This document shows positions 1 to 13,006 of a DNA stretch of 64,000 nucleotides, one piece after another. The translations under genes were made by a program, and so were the position numbers. The notes under the pieces are model-generated. The model saw only the letters and a program-made list of their open reading frames with translations, searched no databases and was not told the DNA's origin. Positions within the stretch are counted from its first letter, which is position 1. Each line of letters starts with the position of its first letter. The DNA is taken from assembly GCA_964016885.1 (NCBI GenBank), contig OZ024742.1, forward strand, positions 39,928,001-39,992,000, given 5' to 3'. The DNA is from Eledone cirrhosa (Eukaryota).

Positions 1-284
1 ACAAGATTTGAACTTAGAGCGCAGAGAGCCGGAACAAATACCCCAAGATATTTTCTCCTGTGCTCTAAGAAGTCTGGTAATTCGCTAGCTATTTCTACCA
101 TTCAAAAATGAGTAGAAACCAATAAGTCCAGAGGTAAACCACAGATGGTTATAAAACCATTATTATAACGTGTGGAAACCGGTGAGAAAGAAATGACCAG
201 ATATTAAGGACGAGCAGGAAGTGACGGATGAGTTAGAGGTGTCTTTAGAAAGGCAACGAAACCTTTGCATGAACCAAAGAAAGA

Positions 285-474
285 AATAATTGTTTCTACT
301 TTTGGCACAAGGCCAGCAATTACCCGGTGCATTACTGGTACTTTATTTTATCGACCCCGTAAGGATGAAAGGCAAAGTTAACCTCGGCGGGATTTGAACT
401 CAGAATGGCAAGGGCCGTAACTCTTCGCTGCAAAGCATGGCGCCCGACCCTCTACCGATACTGCCAATCCACCG
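285..474 (-). mobile_element. tRNA-derived SINE, family 1
   Basis: The minus strand shows an A-box TGGCAGTATCGG, a B-box GAGTTCAAATCC, a body GCCTTTCATCCTTACGGGGTCGATAAA and a tail GGCCTTGTGCCAAAAGTAGAAACAATTATT. More than 12 copies occur in the window. Confidence 0.85.
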
Positions 475-475
475 A

Positions 476-675
476 AATAATGGTCTCTAATTTAGACACA
501 AGGCCAAACAATTTCGATTACATTACCATAAGTACTTGACTATTGGTTTATTTTATTGGTCACTGAAGGATAAAAGACAAAGTTGACCATCATAGGATTT
601 GAACTCAGAATGTAAATGCCCCGTAACTGGATGTTATGAGGCATTTTGTCTGACGTTCTATCGATTCTGCCAAGA
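476..675 (-). mobile_element. diverged SINE family 1 copy
   Basis: Same tail, body and B-box (ggatttgaactcagaa on +) as 285-474. Confidence 0.7.
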
Positions 676-703
676 TATCAAAAGAGGTTATCCCAGAAAA
701 GGG

Positions 704-744
<41 letters not shown>

Positions 745-765
745 CTATATATATATATATATATA

Positions 766-850
<85 letters not shown>

Positions 851-1062
851 GTACATACATATATGTGTACAGACGTACAGTAGTATGTATATATATATAT
901 ATATATACATACATGCACACATATATATATATATGTGTACGTATGGGTTTACCGAAAATTTATTATAATGTTCCGTTTGTTTGTAAACAAACAGCCCGAA
1001 TTACGCCGTACGTAAGAGTGAGAAATGAAATTCGTTTCATTCTTTTCCATATATATATATAT

Positions 1063-1133
<71 letters not shown>

Positions 1134-1345
1134 TTAATTAAAAGGTCACTGAAAAAGCACATATATATATGTGTATGTGTGTGTGTGTGTATGTGTGTGT
1201 GTGTGTGTGTGTGTTTGTTTGTTTGTGTGTCTGTGTGTATGTGCGTGCGTGCGTGCGTGTGTGTGTGTCTGTCTGTGTGTGTTTGTTTGTTTGTGTGTCT
1301 GTGTATATGTGTGTCTGTGTGTGTGTGTGTGCGTGCATGCGTGTA
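704..1345. repeat. (CT)n/(TA)n/(GA)n/(GT)n microsatellite cluster containing a decayed fragment (850-1050) of the 23117-25720 element family
   Basis: Direct reading of the tracts. cgtacatacatatatgtgtacagacgtacagtag and the inverted taagagtgagaaatgaaattcg match the ~490-bp unit. Confidence 0.8.
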
Positions 1346-2149
1346 TGTATGCCATTTCTGTGACCTTTTAATTAACCATCGAAAAATATTTATTCTCATT
1401 TTTTCCTTCTTTTTTCGTTTAATCAATTATTTTTTCAACGGCAAAACGATTTTGACAGGAAGAAAATATGTTTCACATGAAACCAATCTTCGCAATGGAA
1501 TAGTCGATGAGGTGAATGGTGAGGTTGGAGGCTAGTTTAAAAATCTATAAATAGAATTGTTGCAATCACATGGTTATAATCGTTTTTGCCGCCTGTCTAA
1601 AGTAACCACAAGCTACATCATCACTGCGAACTTATTTTATCGAGTAATGGTGTCGCAGACGCTGATTAGATCGAAGACGCAAAAAGCTAGATAAAACAAT
1701 AGTTGTGTTGCAATTATATTTGATTATCACCGATATTATGTTACCGTAAGGTCAATGACAATTATTTTAATATTTGTTGTTATTTCTTTTTTAAATTAGA
1801 GTATTTATGTACAAAGAACTATAATAATAATGAAATTATTGTGTACAGTGCTCAGGTGCACTACAACTCATCAACGGTGCATGTATAGTGCATAGAATAA
1901 TATACAAATGTCAGTGAAGTGAATAGTGTATGAGTCATGATATACATGTGTGCGCGTGTTGGCGAATCTAGGAAGCATGGAGGTTTGTAAGTATGTAATG
2001 TATATATGTATGTTTCTCTTTCTCTTAATTTCGAGTACATTTTTGACCGGCCACCTTCCTGGTGTCAAGGTTATAAAAAAAAAAGAAATTGTCATCCCTT
2101 GAATCGCAAGAATGTTTTGCAAATTTAGAAGGTGCCAGCTATTGCAGCC

Positions 2150-2180
<31 letters not shown>

Positions 2181-2218
2181 TGTATGTATGTATGTATGTA
2201 TGTATGTATGTATGTATG

Positions 2219-2626
2219 TGAGATGACCCCTTAGCCTTTGTTAAGGCAGAATTCTAGGAGAAGGAAAACTCTGATATAACACCTGCAACCCTGATGGTAT
2301 CCAATGATGTTGACTTGTTCTTCTTTTTGGTAAATATCATCTTGGTTAAGAGAGTGGGACTGGCTTTGTGCAGTGCCTTTGCTCACTATAAAAGCTTCAC
2401 GGCACAGGCATTGCTTTATATCTGGAGATCTCTCTGCACTTGTCGTCACATGGTACCATTGACCCAGCACTATGTGTCAATAATTGTCACAGGTGTAGTG
2501 TTTGTACCAGAGTTTTCAAGTCGCTGGCTGACTAAAAAAGTCACACTTGTTCAGCGCATCGGTAGGAGTTCTCCTACATGGATATAAAGTAGTGGCCGTA
2601 CTCGAAAACGAGTTGGCAGCCACCAT
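2219..2626 (+). mobile_element. non-autonomous RTE-derived retroelement, 5'-truncated copy
   Basis: Near-identical to 52209-52820, 53357-53772 and 59953-60565. Ends GGCAGCCACCAT(GTAT)n. Confidence 0.75.
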
Positions 2627-2641
2627 GTATGTATGTATGTA

Positions 2642-3520
2642 TGTTCTTCTGGTTTTATAATTTCACAAAGTTTTACCAATAGAGAGTCGGTTTCTAACAT
2701 AGACACAAGACTCTCTCATTGGAATTTACACAACATCAACTAGGTAGATATGTATGCATGCATGTGTAGATATGAATGTTATTGTATGTGTGGATGTGGA
2801 TGTTTTGAGTTGTATGTGTGCATGTGTATATGCTTTGTATCTGTACATGTGTATATGCAGTTATTAGATGCAACGTTTTTGGAATGTTTTACATATTTTT
2901 ATTGTTCCATTAATGGATTGTACTTGTAGTTTCCTAACTAGTTGTGTTTTTTCTGTTCCTGTGAAGCCTAGCTTCTCAAGATTTGTATTGAGGCAGTTAC
3001 TAACATATCCCAGTGCCCCAACAATCACAGGCATAAATCTGAAGGTGTAATCAGGGTTGAGTATCTGCAGATTTCTCATCAGTTCTGCATAAATATTCTC
3101 CTTTTCACTAATCTTTGATATTATATTGGCATCTGCTGGGCAGCTAATTTCCACTACTGTGCATGTTTTCTTCTCCCTGTCCCATATCATAATATCTGGT
3201 CTGTTATGCCTGCATTTTATTGGGGATTTTACTGGAACATACCACCAGTACTCTTTCATATTATGTACATGGATGTCTTCCACATTGTTGTAGCTTTTAA
3301 TGTGTTTCTTATCGAGGCTATCTTTTTTACGAACTGCATTGTACAGTGTTTTGACCACTAGATCATGCCTCGTAGGTAGATAGTACCGCGATGACATCTT
3401 TAGGCAGCTGCTGATGACATGGGTGATATCCTCGATGTTAGTTCTGCAGAGTCTGCACTTGTTATCACATCTAGGTGTTTTGCCTGCATCCCTATCTCTT
3501 TTGTGAATCAGGTATTTCGT
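2642..3520 (-). mobile_element. 3' end of an RLE-type non-LTR retrotransposon (R4/Dong-like)
   Basis: Minus-strand frame reads CRLCRTNIEDITHVISSC (CCHC knuckle), RHD, then NRPDIMIWD..VEISCP..K...Y (PD-(D/E)xK endonuclease). Stop at 2864; the 3' UTR ends in (CATA)n. The 3' tip is duplicated at 3582-3660. Confidence 0.88.
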
Positions 3521-3802
3521 GCAAGAATGTTTTGCAAATTTAGAAGGTGCCAGCTATTGCAGCCATATGTATGTATGTATGTATGTTCTTCTGGTTTTAT
3601 AATATCACAAAGTTTTACCAATAGAGAGAGAGTCGGTTTCTAACATAGACACAAGACTACATGTATGTATGTATGTATGTATGTATGTATGTATGTATGT
3701 ATGTATGTATGTATGTATGTATGTATGTATGTATGTATGTATGTATGTATGTATGCGTGTATGTATGTGTGCTTGTATGTATGTATGTATGTATGTATGA
3801 AG

Positions 3803-4072
3803 TGAAGGCGCGTGACTTACAATCGTAAGTTCGTGAGTTCGATTCCTGGTGGCACGTTGCTCCAGTCCACTCAGCTGGCACAAATGAGTTGTACCTGTAA
3901 TTCGAAAGGATAGCCTTGTCACATTCTGTGTCATGCTGAATCTCCCTAAGAACTATGGTAAGGGTTCGCGTGTCTGTGGAATGCTCAGCCACTTTCACGG
4001 TAATTTCACGAGCAAGCTGTTCCGTTGAACGGATCAACTGGAACACTCGTCGTCGTAACCGTAGGAGTCCCT
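3803..4072 (+). mobile_element. tRNA-derived SINE, family 2
   Basis: B-box GAGTTCGATTCC and body ccactcagctggc..aaatgagttgt..gtctgtggaatgctcagccact..gagcaagctgttc. Related copies at ~8048-8350(+), 29920-30095(-), 31450-31650(-), 36180-36345(+) and 55880-56125(+). Confidence 0.75.
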
Positions 4073-4859
4073 TTCTTCCATCTATGTATTTATGTAGTGT
4101 CCAACGACAACAGCACGAACCAGCCAATTATAAGTTGTTACCTTCTTTTGTTCACTCGTTCTGTCATTCTGCCGTTCAGAACCTCGGGAGGATATTGTCG
4201 TTATCCTGGGGAATAGCAAGGAGATGCTCTGAAAGAGTCATTTTAAATAATGGGATTCATTCTTGTGGGTGGCAAATTCCATCCCGATAGTAGTAAGTAG
4301 AAAGGTGTTTCAGGGACCCAGAAAACTAGAGGTTTCCACTGCTATGAGTATCGGAGAGAGGCAGCTACTTCAACAGCTAGTCGGGTAACGAAACTTGTGT
4401 CTATCACTGAATACACCATGTTGCTGCCGGAGAAAGTGTCGCAGCATGTTGCACCCCAGAGGAAGGCTTTATCACTATGTCCCTTTTTTCTTTTTTCAGG
4501 ACAAAAGTTTCCTAACATTTACTTACTGCCAATTTACGTTATGAATTCAAATCACGCCGATGTCAGCTTTGCCTTTCATCCTTCCGAGGTCGATAAAATG
4601 AAATGAAGATATAATCGACTGTACGCCCCACCAACGCCCGTGAAATTGCTGACCTTGTGTCTAAATTAGAAATATATTTCTGTTAGCATCGTTAAGGTCT
4701 CTAGAATTGCTTTGACTATTTAGTTGAGTTCTAATCCGACCAAGTTCAACTTTTAAGTGCGACCGTAATCTCCGTAACTTTCTTGTGCATATTTCCTTCT
4801 CTTCCTCTCCTAGGACTCCATCTGGTTCGCGTCCCCACTGTACCCGTCTCTATATAACA

Positions 4860-5415
4860 AATCTCACCCGGAGGAGAAGTTCCAGTGAAGAAGTTCCAGG
4901 CGGGAGGTTGATTTAAGTGAAAGAATTGCAGGAGCTGGTGCAGTAATGCGCCAGCTTCAGTATTCGGTAATCAGAAGAAGGGGCTGGTCTAAAAGTCAAT
5001 TCGGCATTCGTGCCAACCGATGCCTAGAATACGATTGCGAATACAAGCGGTTGAAATGGGGGTCCTTCGAATGGTCATTGGAGTAACCTTACTCGATAGA
5101 GTGCGTAGCTCGGAGATAAGACAATCGCTCTAGGTAGAGCCGCTACTTCTCCGAATTGAGAGACCACAACTCCGATATTACAGGCATGAGGTTACAATGT
5201 CTGAGGAAAAAAATATCGCTGGGCGGATTTTATGGACAAAACCAGCCAACAGAAGACCCAGTGGAAGACCACGAGCAAGATGGTTGGATAACATCCATGA
5301 GCTCGGCTGGTCTTGCTTGGGGTTACAGCTGGAACAATTGGAGACGGCTGATTCTCACAGGAGCCGCTGGAAGGTATGTTTTAGGACTCTAGCCCCACGA
5401 CCCTCTCAGTAGTAA
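4860..5415 (+). mobile_element. RTE-clade LINE 3' fragment (degenerate)
   Basis: Frames give RIQAVEMGVLRMVIGVTLLDRVRSSEIR..VEPLLLRIE and RRPSGRPRARWLDNI, typical of the RTE C-terminus. Confidence 0.8.
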
Positions 5416-5513
5416 GTTGGGAGCTTCCTTCTATTCACTTTCGTCTTCCTGTCTTCCTCCGGTTGCAAGGTTTTTTGAAATATCCACTTCTGCGTTTACA
5501 GATTGACTTTGTT

Positions 5514-5564
5514 AGTTTCAGAAGATCCCGTTAAGGGTGAAAGCAGCGAGTCTTTGCTTAAACT
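5514..5564 (+). ncRNA. variant type I hammerhead motif (CAGAAGA core, CUU triplet) within element ~5420-5672
   Basis: AGUUU-CAGAAGA-U CCC GUUAA GGG U-GAA-AGCA..UGCU-U|AAACU. A second copy lies at 22926-22978. Confidence 0.6.
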
Positions 5565-5668
5565 TTAATCTGTTATTTTAATAAATATTTGCTCTACGGT
5601 TCTTATATATTTGATATATATTTATCCTTATCGAGCCCTCTTTGGATTTTAGTCTTCAAATTTATTAT

Positions 5669-5848
<180 letters not shown>

Positions 5849-5867
5849 GGGGGGGGGGGCATATTGT

Positions 5868-6566
5868 TCTAATAATATTGCCAGAAATAATAACAGAACA
5901 CACTCACTGTTTGGTTAGTTTTTGCTTCTGTATCTTTTATATCTCCATAGTTAATTCATTTGGCCATCAATGTTTATCACTGACTGACCAACGGTCAAAA
6001 ATACAGATATAAATACATATAGTCTAACAAAGTTCTTTCGTTGCACATCTGCAACATCATCAGTGGTACTATTAAGTTTCCTCCTGTTGTATTGTATGTC
6101 TACGTCATTTTTATTTTATCTGTTTATTTATTTATTTATTCTTATCTTCGTCTCCGAAGTATAACAATATTTGTTTCGACACACGATTTTATGTCAAAAA
6201 CGCATGCGCAGAGACGAAGACAAAAATATATAAATAAATAAACAGATAAAATAAAAATGGCGTAGACATACAATACAACAGGAGGAAACTTAATAGTACC
6301 ACTGATGATGTTGCAGATGTGCAACGAAAGAACTTTGTTAGACTATATGTATTTATATCTGTATTTTTGACCGTTGGTCAGTCAGTGATAAACATTGATG
6401 GCCAAATGAATTAACTATGGAGATATAAAAGATACAGAAGCAAAAACTAACCAAACAGTGAGTGTGTTCTGTTATTATTTCTGGCAATATTATTACAACA
6501 ATATGACCCTGCTCAAGTATAACAATATTTGTTTCGACACACGATTTCATATAAAAAACCTTGAAA

Positions 6567-6572
<6 letters not shown>
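5868..6572. mobile_element. PLE-type fold-back element with a hammerhead in each arm
   Basis: 5868-6150 is the reverse complement of ~6210-6505. The element is flanked by (TA)n, and AAGTATAACAATATTTGTTTCGACACACGATTT is repeated at 6157 and 6515. Confidence 0.8.
6297..6340 (+). ncRNA. type I hammerhead motif with an extra U after A9
   Basis: UACCA-CUGAUGA-U-GUUGCA GAUG UGCAAC-GAA-AGAACU-U|UGUUA. A mirror copy lies on the minus strand at ~6025-6068. Confidence 0.7.
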
Positions 6573-6630
<58 letters not shown>

Positions 6631-7039
6631 ATCAAGAGTTATGAGCACGAGAATAAGAACAAAAAACGCGTAAAGAACCACGATTAAATGCTACAAAGCA
6701 TTAACGATTCTGCCAAATAATAATAATTTTTTACATCGACACAGGGCCTGGAATGTGGTTGATATTATGATAAAGTATCCCCATTCACCCTAAACGCGCA
6801 CACACACCCCCACTCACCCCCACACACCCACACACACCCACGTGTAGTAACTGCCTGATATTCTTAGATGGAATTTCGTTGAAGCAAATTGCGGTAAAAT
6901 GGTTTCGTAATATAGCCAGCAATGAAAAGCTAGCGGTGTGATTGCAACATGTATATTTATAGATTTTTTTATCCTCATCACTAGACTCACTGCAGGCTTG
7001 ATTTTGGAAATATGAAACATCAGCAAAGTAAGAAAATAA

Positions 7040-7095
<56 letters not shown>

Positions 7096-7223
7096 CAGCA
7101 TGAGAACTTAACTGCGTGGTTGCTCAGCCTGCTAATTAGCAATCAAATTTCCATTGAATTGTCATTCCACTTTCTTAGAAAAAGGTTAACGTCACCCTAG
7201 ATACAACAGCCAAAATAAGGGTC

Positions 7224-7719
7224 CAGGTCAAAATCCCCACCCTACTGGATAACATCTCCACTCTGCTGAACAAAACTCCCATAAGGTTAAAAATATATAC
7301 AGAGTGTCCCAAAAAAATGTATACACACTTCAAGAGCATTTTAATAAATACAAGTAAAATTCCGTTATAACGAATACCATTATAACGAATTTTTCAGTAT
7401 AACGAAATTTTTTTCAATCCCTGGCCTCGCGCTCGATGTGTTAGGTCGATCTTGTTATAAAGAATTTTTCGTTACAACGAATGTTTTTTTTATACCCCGT
7501 GAATATCCTTATAACAGAATGTCACTGTATTGCCTGTGTAGGTAATCAAAGTGTGTATACATTTTTCGGGGACACCCTGTATATAAAGTTTTAATTTATT
7601 CTTTATCAGGTAACTTACATTTAATAAGGTTGTTTATTAAAAACTATGGCTTTTGCTTTATTTTTTACTATGTAGTGGGGTGGTAGTGTCTGGTAGGAGT
7701 GGGGTGGGATTTTGACCTG
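7224..7719. mobile_element. TIR element containing a nested mariner-type MITE (~7300-7579), which itself contains a pogo/Tigger-like MITE (~7351-7528)
   Basis: Outer TIR CAGGTCAAAATCCC/GGGATTTTGACCTG. Middle TA-CAGAGTGTCCC...GGGACACCCTG-TA, with an empty copy at 50268-50345. Inner ..AAATTCCGTTATAACGAA..., with another copy at 56711-56869. Confidence 0.75.
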
Positions 7720-8472
7720 TGTGTATGTAGATGACGGTATGGTGCTTTCGGGTACCGCTGAGATATACCACCCAGCCCAGAATTTGCCCCTTCCACTCCA
7801 TATATATTTCTCTATTACCCACCCCCTCATTTCTTTCTTTTTTTTTCTGTCTTATTTGTAAAAATATATACAACTCAATCATATCCATTCATTTCCCCAT
7901 TCATCTATTCAGTCACTAATTCGCCTGGTTAGTTTGGCTTGCTTTGTCGGTCAGATGCAAAATCACTTTCAAAATAATTGGAAAATACAATAAAAGACGG
8001 TACCGTTATTACTATGAATATGACTCCAGGGCTGTGTGTGTATGTGTAAGGCAGGTGGCTCAATAGTTAGGATAACCGGTTCACGATCGAAAGGTCATGA
8101 GTTATTCTTCTGAGAGGCGGCGTGGGGTCGTTATGTTCTTGAGCAAGATACTTTCTTTCTCTTTGCTTCTATTCACTAAGGTGACAATAATGAGTTGTGA
8201 CTTCGATGCAAAGGACCAGGCTTGTCACACCCATTGTCACTCTGTATCTACATAAGAATTACGTGTCTGTGGAATGCTCAGCCACTTGCACGCTAATTTT
8301 ACGAACAGGTTGAATCAGTTGATCAAACCATTGGAGCATTAATCGTTGGAATGCGTGTTTATATGTTAGTGCGTGTTAGTGAATGTGAATACATGTTAGA
8401 GTGCATGTGAGTGTGTGGGTGACGCTTCTGTGTGAGAGGTGTATGTTTGTGTACATGACGTGTGTGTGAATG

Positions 8473-8665
8473 CAGACCTGTCAACACTCCCTGTCCGACG
8501 GGGAGATCTCCCACCCATTTGGGGTAGGTGAGAGATGTCGTCTCTGGTGAAAATAGGTATAGCTTTCATTATGTAAAATCTCCCCATTTTGCCTCATTTC
8601 TCCTCGTTTTGGGTACTTTTTTTCATGGTACTCCCCGTTTGGGTTTTTAGAGGTTGGCAGGTCTG
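8473..8665. mobile_element. hAT-like MITE
   Basis: TIR CAGACCTGTCAAC / GTTGGCAGGTCTG. TSD not clear. Confidence 0.6.
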
Positions 8666-9239
8666 ATGTATGTGATCAGTGGGGCAATATTTTGTCTAAA
8701 ATTCTATGAAAGTGTAAAATGGTCGAGAAATGACAGAAAAAACTTTTGTTCAAAAATTTCTTTAGTTCTAAAAAGTCTAAAATGTATTATAAAGTCGAAA
8801 TAAGTCAAAATAAAGTCTAAAAAATTTTTAATGCAAAATATTGATTAAAATTTTATTTAGAATATTGATAATTGTCAAAGTTTTGCTTTCAAAAAAAAAA
8901 TATCTGAAGTCTTAGTGAAAAACAAAAAAAAATAATAAAGCAATTTGGTTAAACGGTTCCTTATGGTATTAATTGAAATCAAAAGAAATAATACCTGGGA
9001 AAACCAGAATCAATGTTGATAGAGTGTACATGATTGCACACACACACACAAAAATATAAATGTATATATATACACACACACACATATATACATATATAAG
9101 TATGGTTGAGTGTGAGAGACGGAAATTTGTTACTACTATTCTATGTAACTATGCTGGATGTTTTATTTCACTTTATTGTTTTATTGGAAAAGGTAAGAAA
9201 TATTTTCCATAAACCGTATTTTACCATAATGATTCAAGT

Positions 9240-10190
9240 TATTGTCGATATCCTGCATGAAACAGGTGTTGCACGAGAAAGCCTCTTATTACTACCAGAT
9301 GCTGCCAGGTATATGGTCAATGTAGGTGAAATAAGAAAAATGCCTTATCCCAATTGTTTTCATGTGACATGTGTTGCGCAGCTCCTTCATAATTACACCC
9401 TGAGAGTCAAAGCTTGCTATGAAGGCGTGGGCGATCTCACTGTGTCGGTAAAAGCTTCAACGGTAAAAAAATCGTACTAGAAAGGCCCTTTTCAAAGATA
9501 TCGGATTCCCCCCTGAGCCAATAGTCACTCGATGGGGCAGTTGGATCGAAGCAGCTGAATATTATGCCAACAATTTACACTGAGTTCGTGAGATAATTAA
9601 TTGTTTCTACTTTTTGGCACAAGGCCAGCAATTATCCAGTGCATTACTGGTACTTTATTTCATCGACTCCGTAAGGATGAAAGGCAAAGTTAACTTCGGC
9701 AGGATTTGAACTCAGACTGCAAAGGGACGTAACTCTGTGCTGCAGAGCATGGCGTCCGACCCTCTACCGATACTGCCAATCCACTAGATAATTAATGGAA
9801 TCGAGGAAGGAGGAATTTTTGTGGAAAAAACTAAACGATAGAAGCGAGTTTAACACAAACAGTGCGATGCTATTTGCCACTGAAGGATTTAATAAAAAAA
9901 AATTTGGCGGGTTCATAACATTCAATTTAAAAGTCTCACTGATTTTTGCCCGAGATCCATGCCAAATAAAAAAGTATCTGAGTTCTAGAGATTGTAGGAA
10001 AACGATCTAGGGTGAATTTGCCGAAAGGAAAACTCGTCAATATCTCCCACGGACTACAGTCTCTTGTTATAGTTTCAACCTACATCAGCTAGTGCTGAGC
10101 ATATTTTTTCAATACTCGGTAAAATACTAACAAAAGACAGAGATTTTCTCCTGAGAACGTGAAATTTTATATTGCAGCAATGTATAATGT
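9240..10190 (+). pseudogene. degenerate hAT (DUF659-like) transposase, interrupted by a SINE at 9594-9786
   Basis: LLLPDAARYM, FHVTCVAQLLHN, PPEPIVTRWGSWIEAAEYY and the dimerization motif PTSASAEHIFS, broken by stops and frameshifts. Confidence 0.75.
9594..9786 (-). mobile_element. SINE family 1
   Basis: Matches 285-474. Confidence 0.85.
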
Positions 10191-10467
10191 GTAAATAGTT
10201 TCGATTTTGTCATTTGATGTTGTTTTTTTTAATCAATAAAATGTATATGTTTAGGTCTATATAAGGTATAAACCAAAAGTTAAGGTCTAAAAATAAGCTC
10301 TAAATAAAGTCTTAAAAAATGTACATATTCTGAGTATTGGTTGGAATGTGTGTGAGTGTGTGTGACGATGTAGGTTTGTGTGTCTTTCTTTGTCTGAGCG
10401 AATGTGTTTGTATGTTTGTGTATATGTGTGTATGCGAGTGTGTGTATGTATGCGTGTGTGTGCGCGA

Positions 10468-10536
<69 letters not shown>

Positions 10537-10865
10537 GATGGAAGAAGGACGTGCAGTTGAATTTGACAATAAACCAGTGTTAAGGCGCAAAAATGACACT
10601 TGGTATTTTGGCGTGAACGACACGGCACGTTCAGACCTGTCCCACTCAAGTGTCGTTTTATTAAGACAGGGAGTGCTAAGATAAGATTTTGAATTGACGA
10701 TCAAACGGCTTTTGTATGGACAGATATCTATAGCTTATTGTGCTATAGCTTATTGCGTATGTGTGGCTGTGTTTGTTTTATATGCTCTGTGGTGTGTGGG
10801 TGTATGTGCGTATACATATACATATATATACATACCTACACACACACACACACTCACACACACAC

Positions 10866-10927
<62 letters not shown>

Positions 10928-11267
10928 AGGTGAAAGAGCGAGAATAGTTATGCCAACAAAGGTTTAGTCATGTTACAAGCCTCTTTCCAGTTCAATGTAA
11001 ATTATTGATAGAGGATATTTAAGGGAGGTGGTGATCAAGTAGATAGGTGTTAAATACCTCACTGTGTTATCCTTGATTAAACCCGAATATTTCTGCATGT
11101 AAATGCATGTTATTGCTATCTTATTAAGGGTGCCTAATGGGTATCGTCCTACTAAGAGCTATATGAAAAACGCAATAAGAAGCAAGCGTCAATTTTACGG
11201 TGGATTGGCAGTATCGGTAGAGGGTCGGATGTCATGCTTTGCAGCATAGAGCTACGGCTCTTTATTA

Positions 11268-13006
11268 CACCGTGTAACATACTTTTTGTTCCCCGGTTCT
11301 AAGTGTCATTTCCTGGTTTGTTATATCCCATTATTATTAAAAAAAACACTATTATTTAATCAGAAGTTTGGGTTTGTGGTCAGGAGTTTGATATTTCAAA
11401 ATGTTCATATTTTTCAAGAAAAAACACATTTAAAAAAAATTTATCAGTTCATATAATTACATCAACAGAGTATATATTTATTTTATTACACAAGCTTATC
11501 AAAAGCAAACAAGTAAAAACAAATAACACTTATAAAGCAACTTATACACGTCAGAAATGACTGGATTTCCTGGATTTGCGGTTATAGTCCAGGTCGCATT
11601 CCCGCACTAGCCCCCAGATATAGTCCCCCATCATTTTTTCATTGTAGTGGCCCTGGTACCTCCGCTCTATCTCTTTCACATCTTGGTGGAATCGTTCGCT
11701 TTGTTCTTCTGAGTAGGCGCCCATATTGTCCTTGAATTTTTCCAGGTGAGCGTCCAGGATGTGGAGTTTAAGCGACATCCTGCATCCCATGGCGCCAAAA
11801 GCCTTTATCAGATCCTGCACCAGTTGCTGGTAGTTTTCAGCTCTAGTTGCCCAGGAAGCCCTTAACAACTACCTTGAAACAGTTCCATGCTGTTCTCTCA
11901 ATCCCATTGAGCTTATTGGAGAACTCGGTAGACTCAAACACCTTTATCTGAGGTCCAACAAGAATTCCACCTTTGATTTTGGCCTCAGATAACTTGGGGA
12001 AGAACTCAAGAAGGTACTTAAAAGCGGCTGATTCTTGGTTGAGAGCCTTCACAAACTGCTTCATCAACCCCAACTTAATGTGCAGTGGCGGCATGAGCAC
12101 AATCCTGGGATCAACCAGTGGCTCCCACATGACGTTCCGGGTCCCAGCTACAAATTCTGTTCGCTGCTCCCAGTTCTTTCTTTTGTAATGGTCAGAGGTG
12201 GCTCTGCGGTCCCAAAGGCAGAGGAAGCATTGGAATTTGATAAAGCCTCCTTGGAGTCCAAGCAGGAAAGCCACCATCTTGAAGTCTCCAATGATTTCCC
12301 AATTGTACTGGTTGTATTGCAGAGCTTCCAAGAGGATTTTCACACTGTAGTAATCTTCCTTCAGGCAGACTGAATGAGCTAGGGGCAGTGTCGGGAACTT
12401 GTTTCTATTGTGGAGGAGTACAGCCTTCAAACTTGTGATGTAGCTGTCTATAAATAGCCGCCACTCTTTGGGCACAAACGGCACCCCAATAACGTCAAAC
12501 AGTCTAGGCACGTCATGGCAGAAGCAGAGCTCATCCCTAAGAGTGTAAAAGCCTGAAAAAGGTTCGTGTCGACTTCTCTGACTTGTCACCTGCACTTCCT
12601 CCTTGACCAAGTTCCACTGCTTCATCCTGGAGACGAATGCTTAAAACACAACTTACACTTTATTCAGGGTGCGAAAATCCAGTATCAATAAATCGCTTTA
12701 ATCCACTTTTTAACAATTTTATACTTTATTGCACTTTTATAATTTTCTTTAGGCATTACTCTTTATTTTATAATTTTAATTTAACCTGAAACATATATAA
12801 AAAAAATCATTTAACATGAGCAAATTAAACTTACATACAACGTAAAATCCAGCATACAAATAATTTTAGTGAATAGCTTAGAATTTTTACAAACCCAAAC
12901 TTTTAACTGTTTAATAGCACTTTTTTTATTTATTTGGGAGCTAAGCAACACAAAAAAGTGATTACAAGCCAGGAACAGAGAAAAAAAATGTTTTTGTTAC
13001 ACGGTG
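11268..13006 (-). mobile_element. Chapaev3-type (CMC superfamily) DNA transposon, internally deleted
   Basis: TIR CACCGTGTAACA/TGTTACACGGTG with a 3-bp TTA TSD. Transposase motifs WRLFID, IIGDFKM, CFLCLWD, PPLHIKLGLMKQFVKAL and SEEQSERFHQD. Confidence 0.85.
11551..12625 (-). pseudogene. transposase C-terminal part, split into two ORFs (11843-12625 and 11551-11868), N-terminus missing
   Basis: ORF track translations carrying the motifs listed for 11268-13006. Confidence 0.85.
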
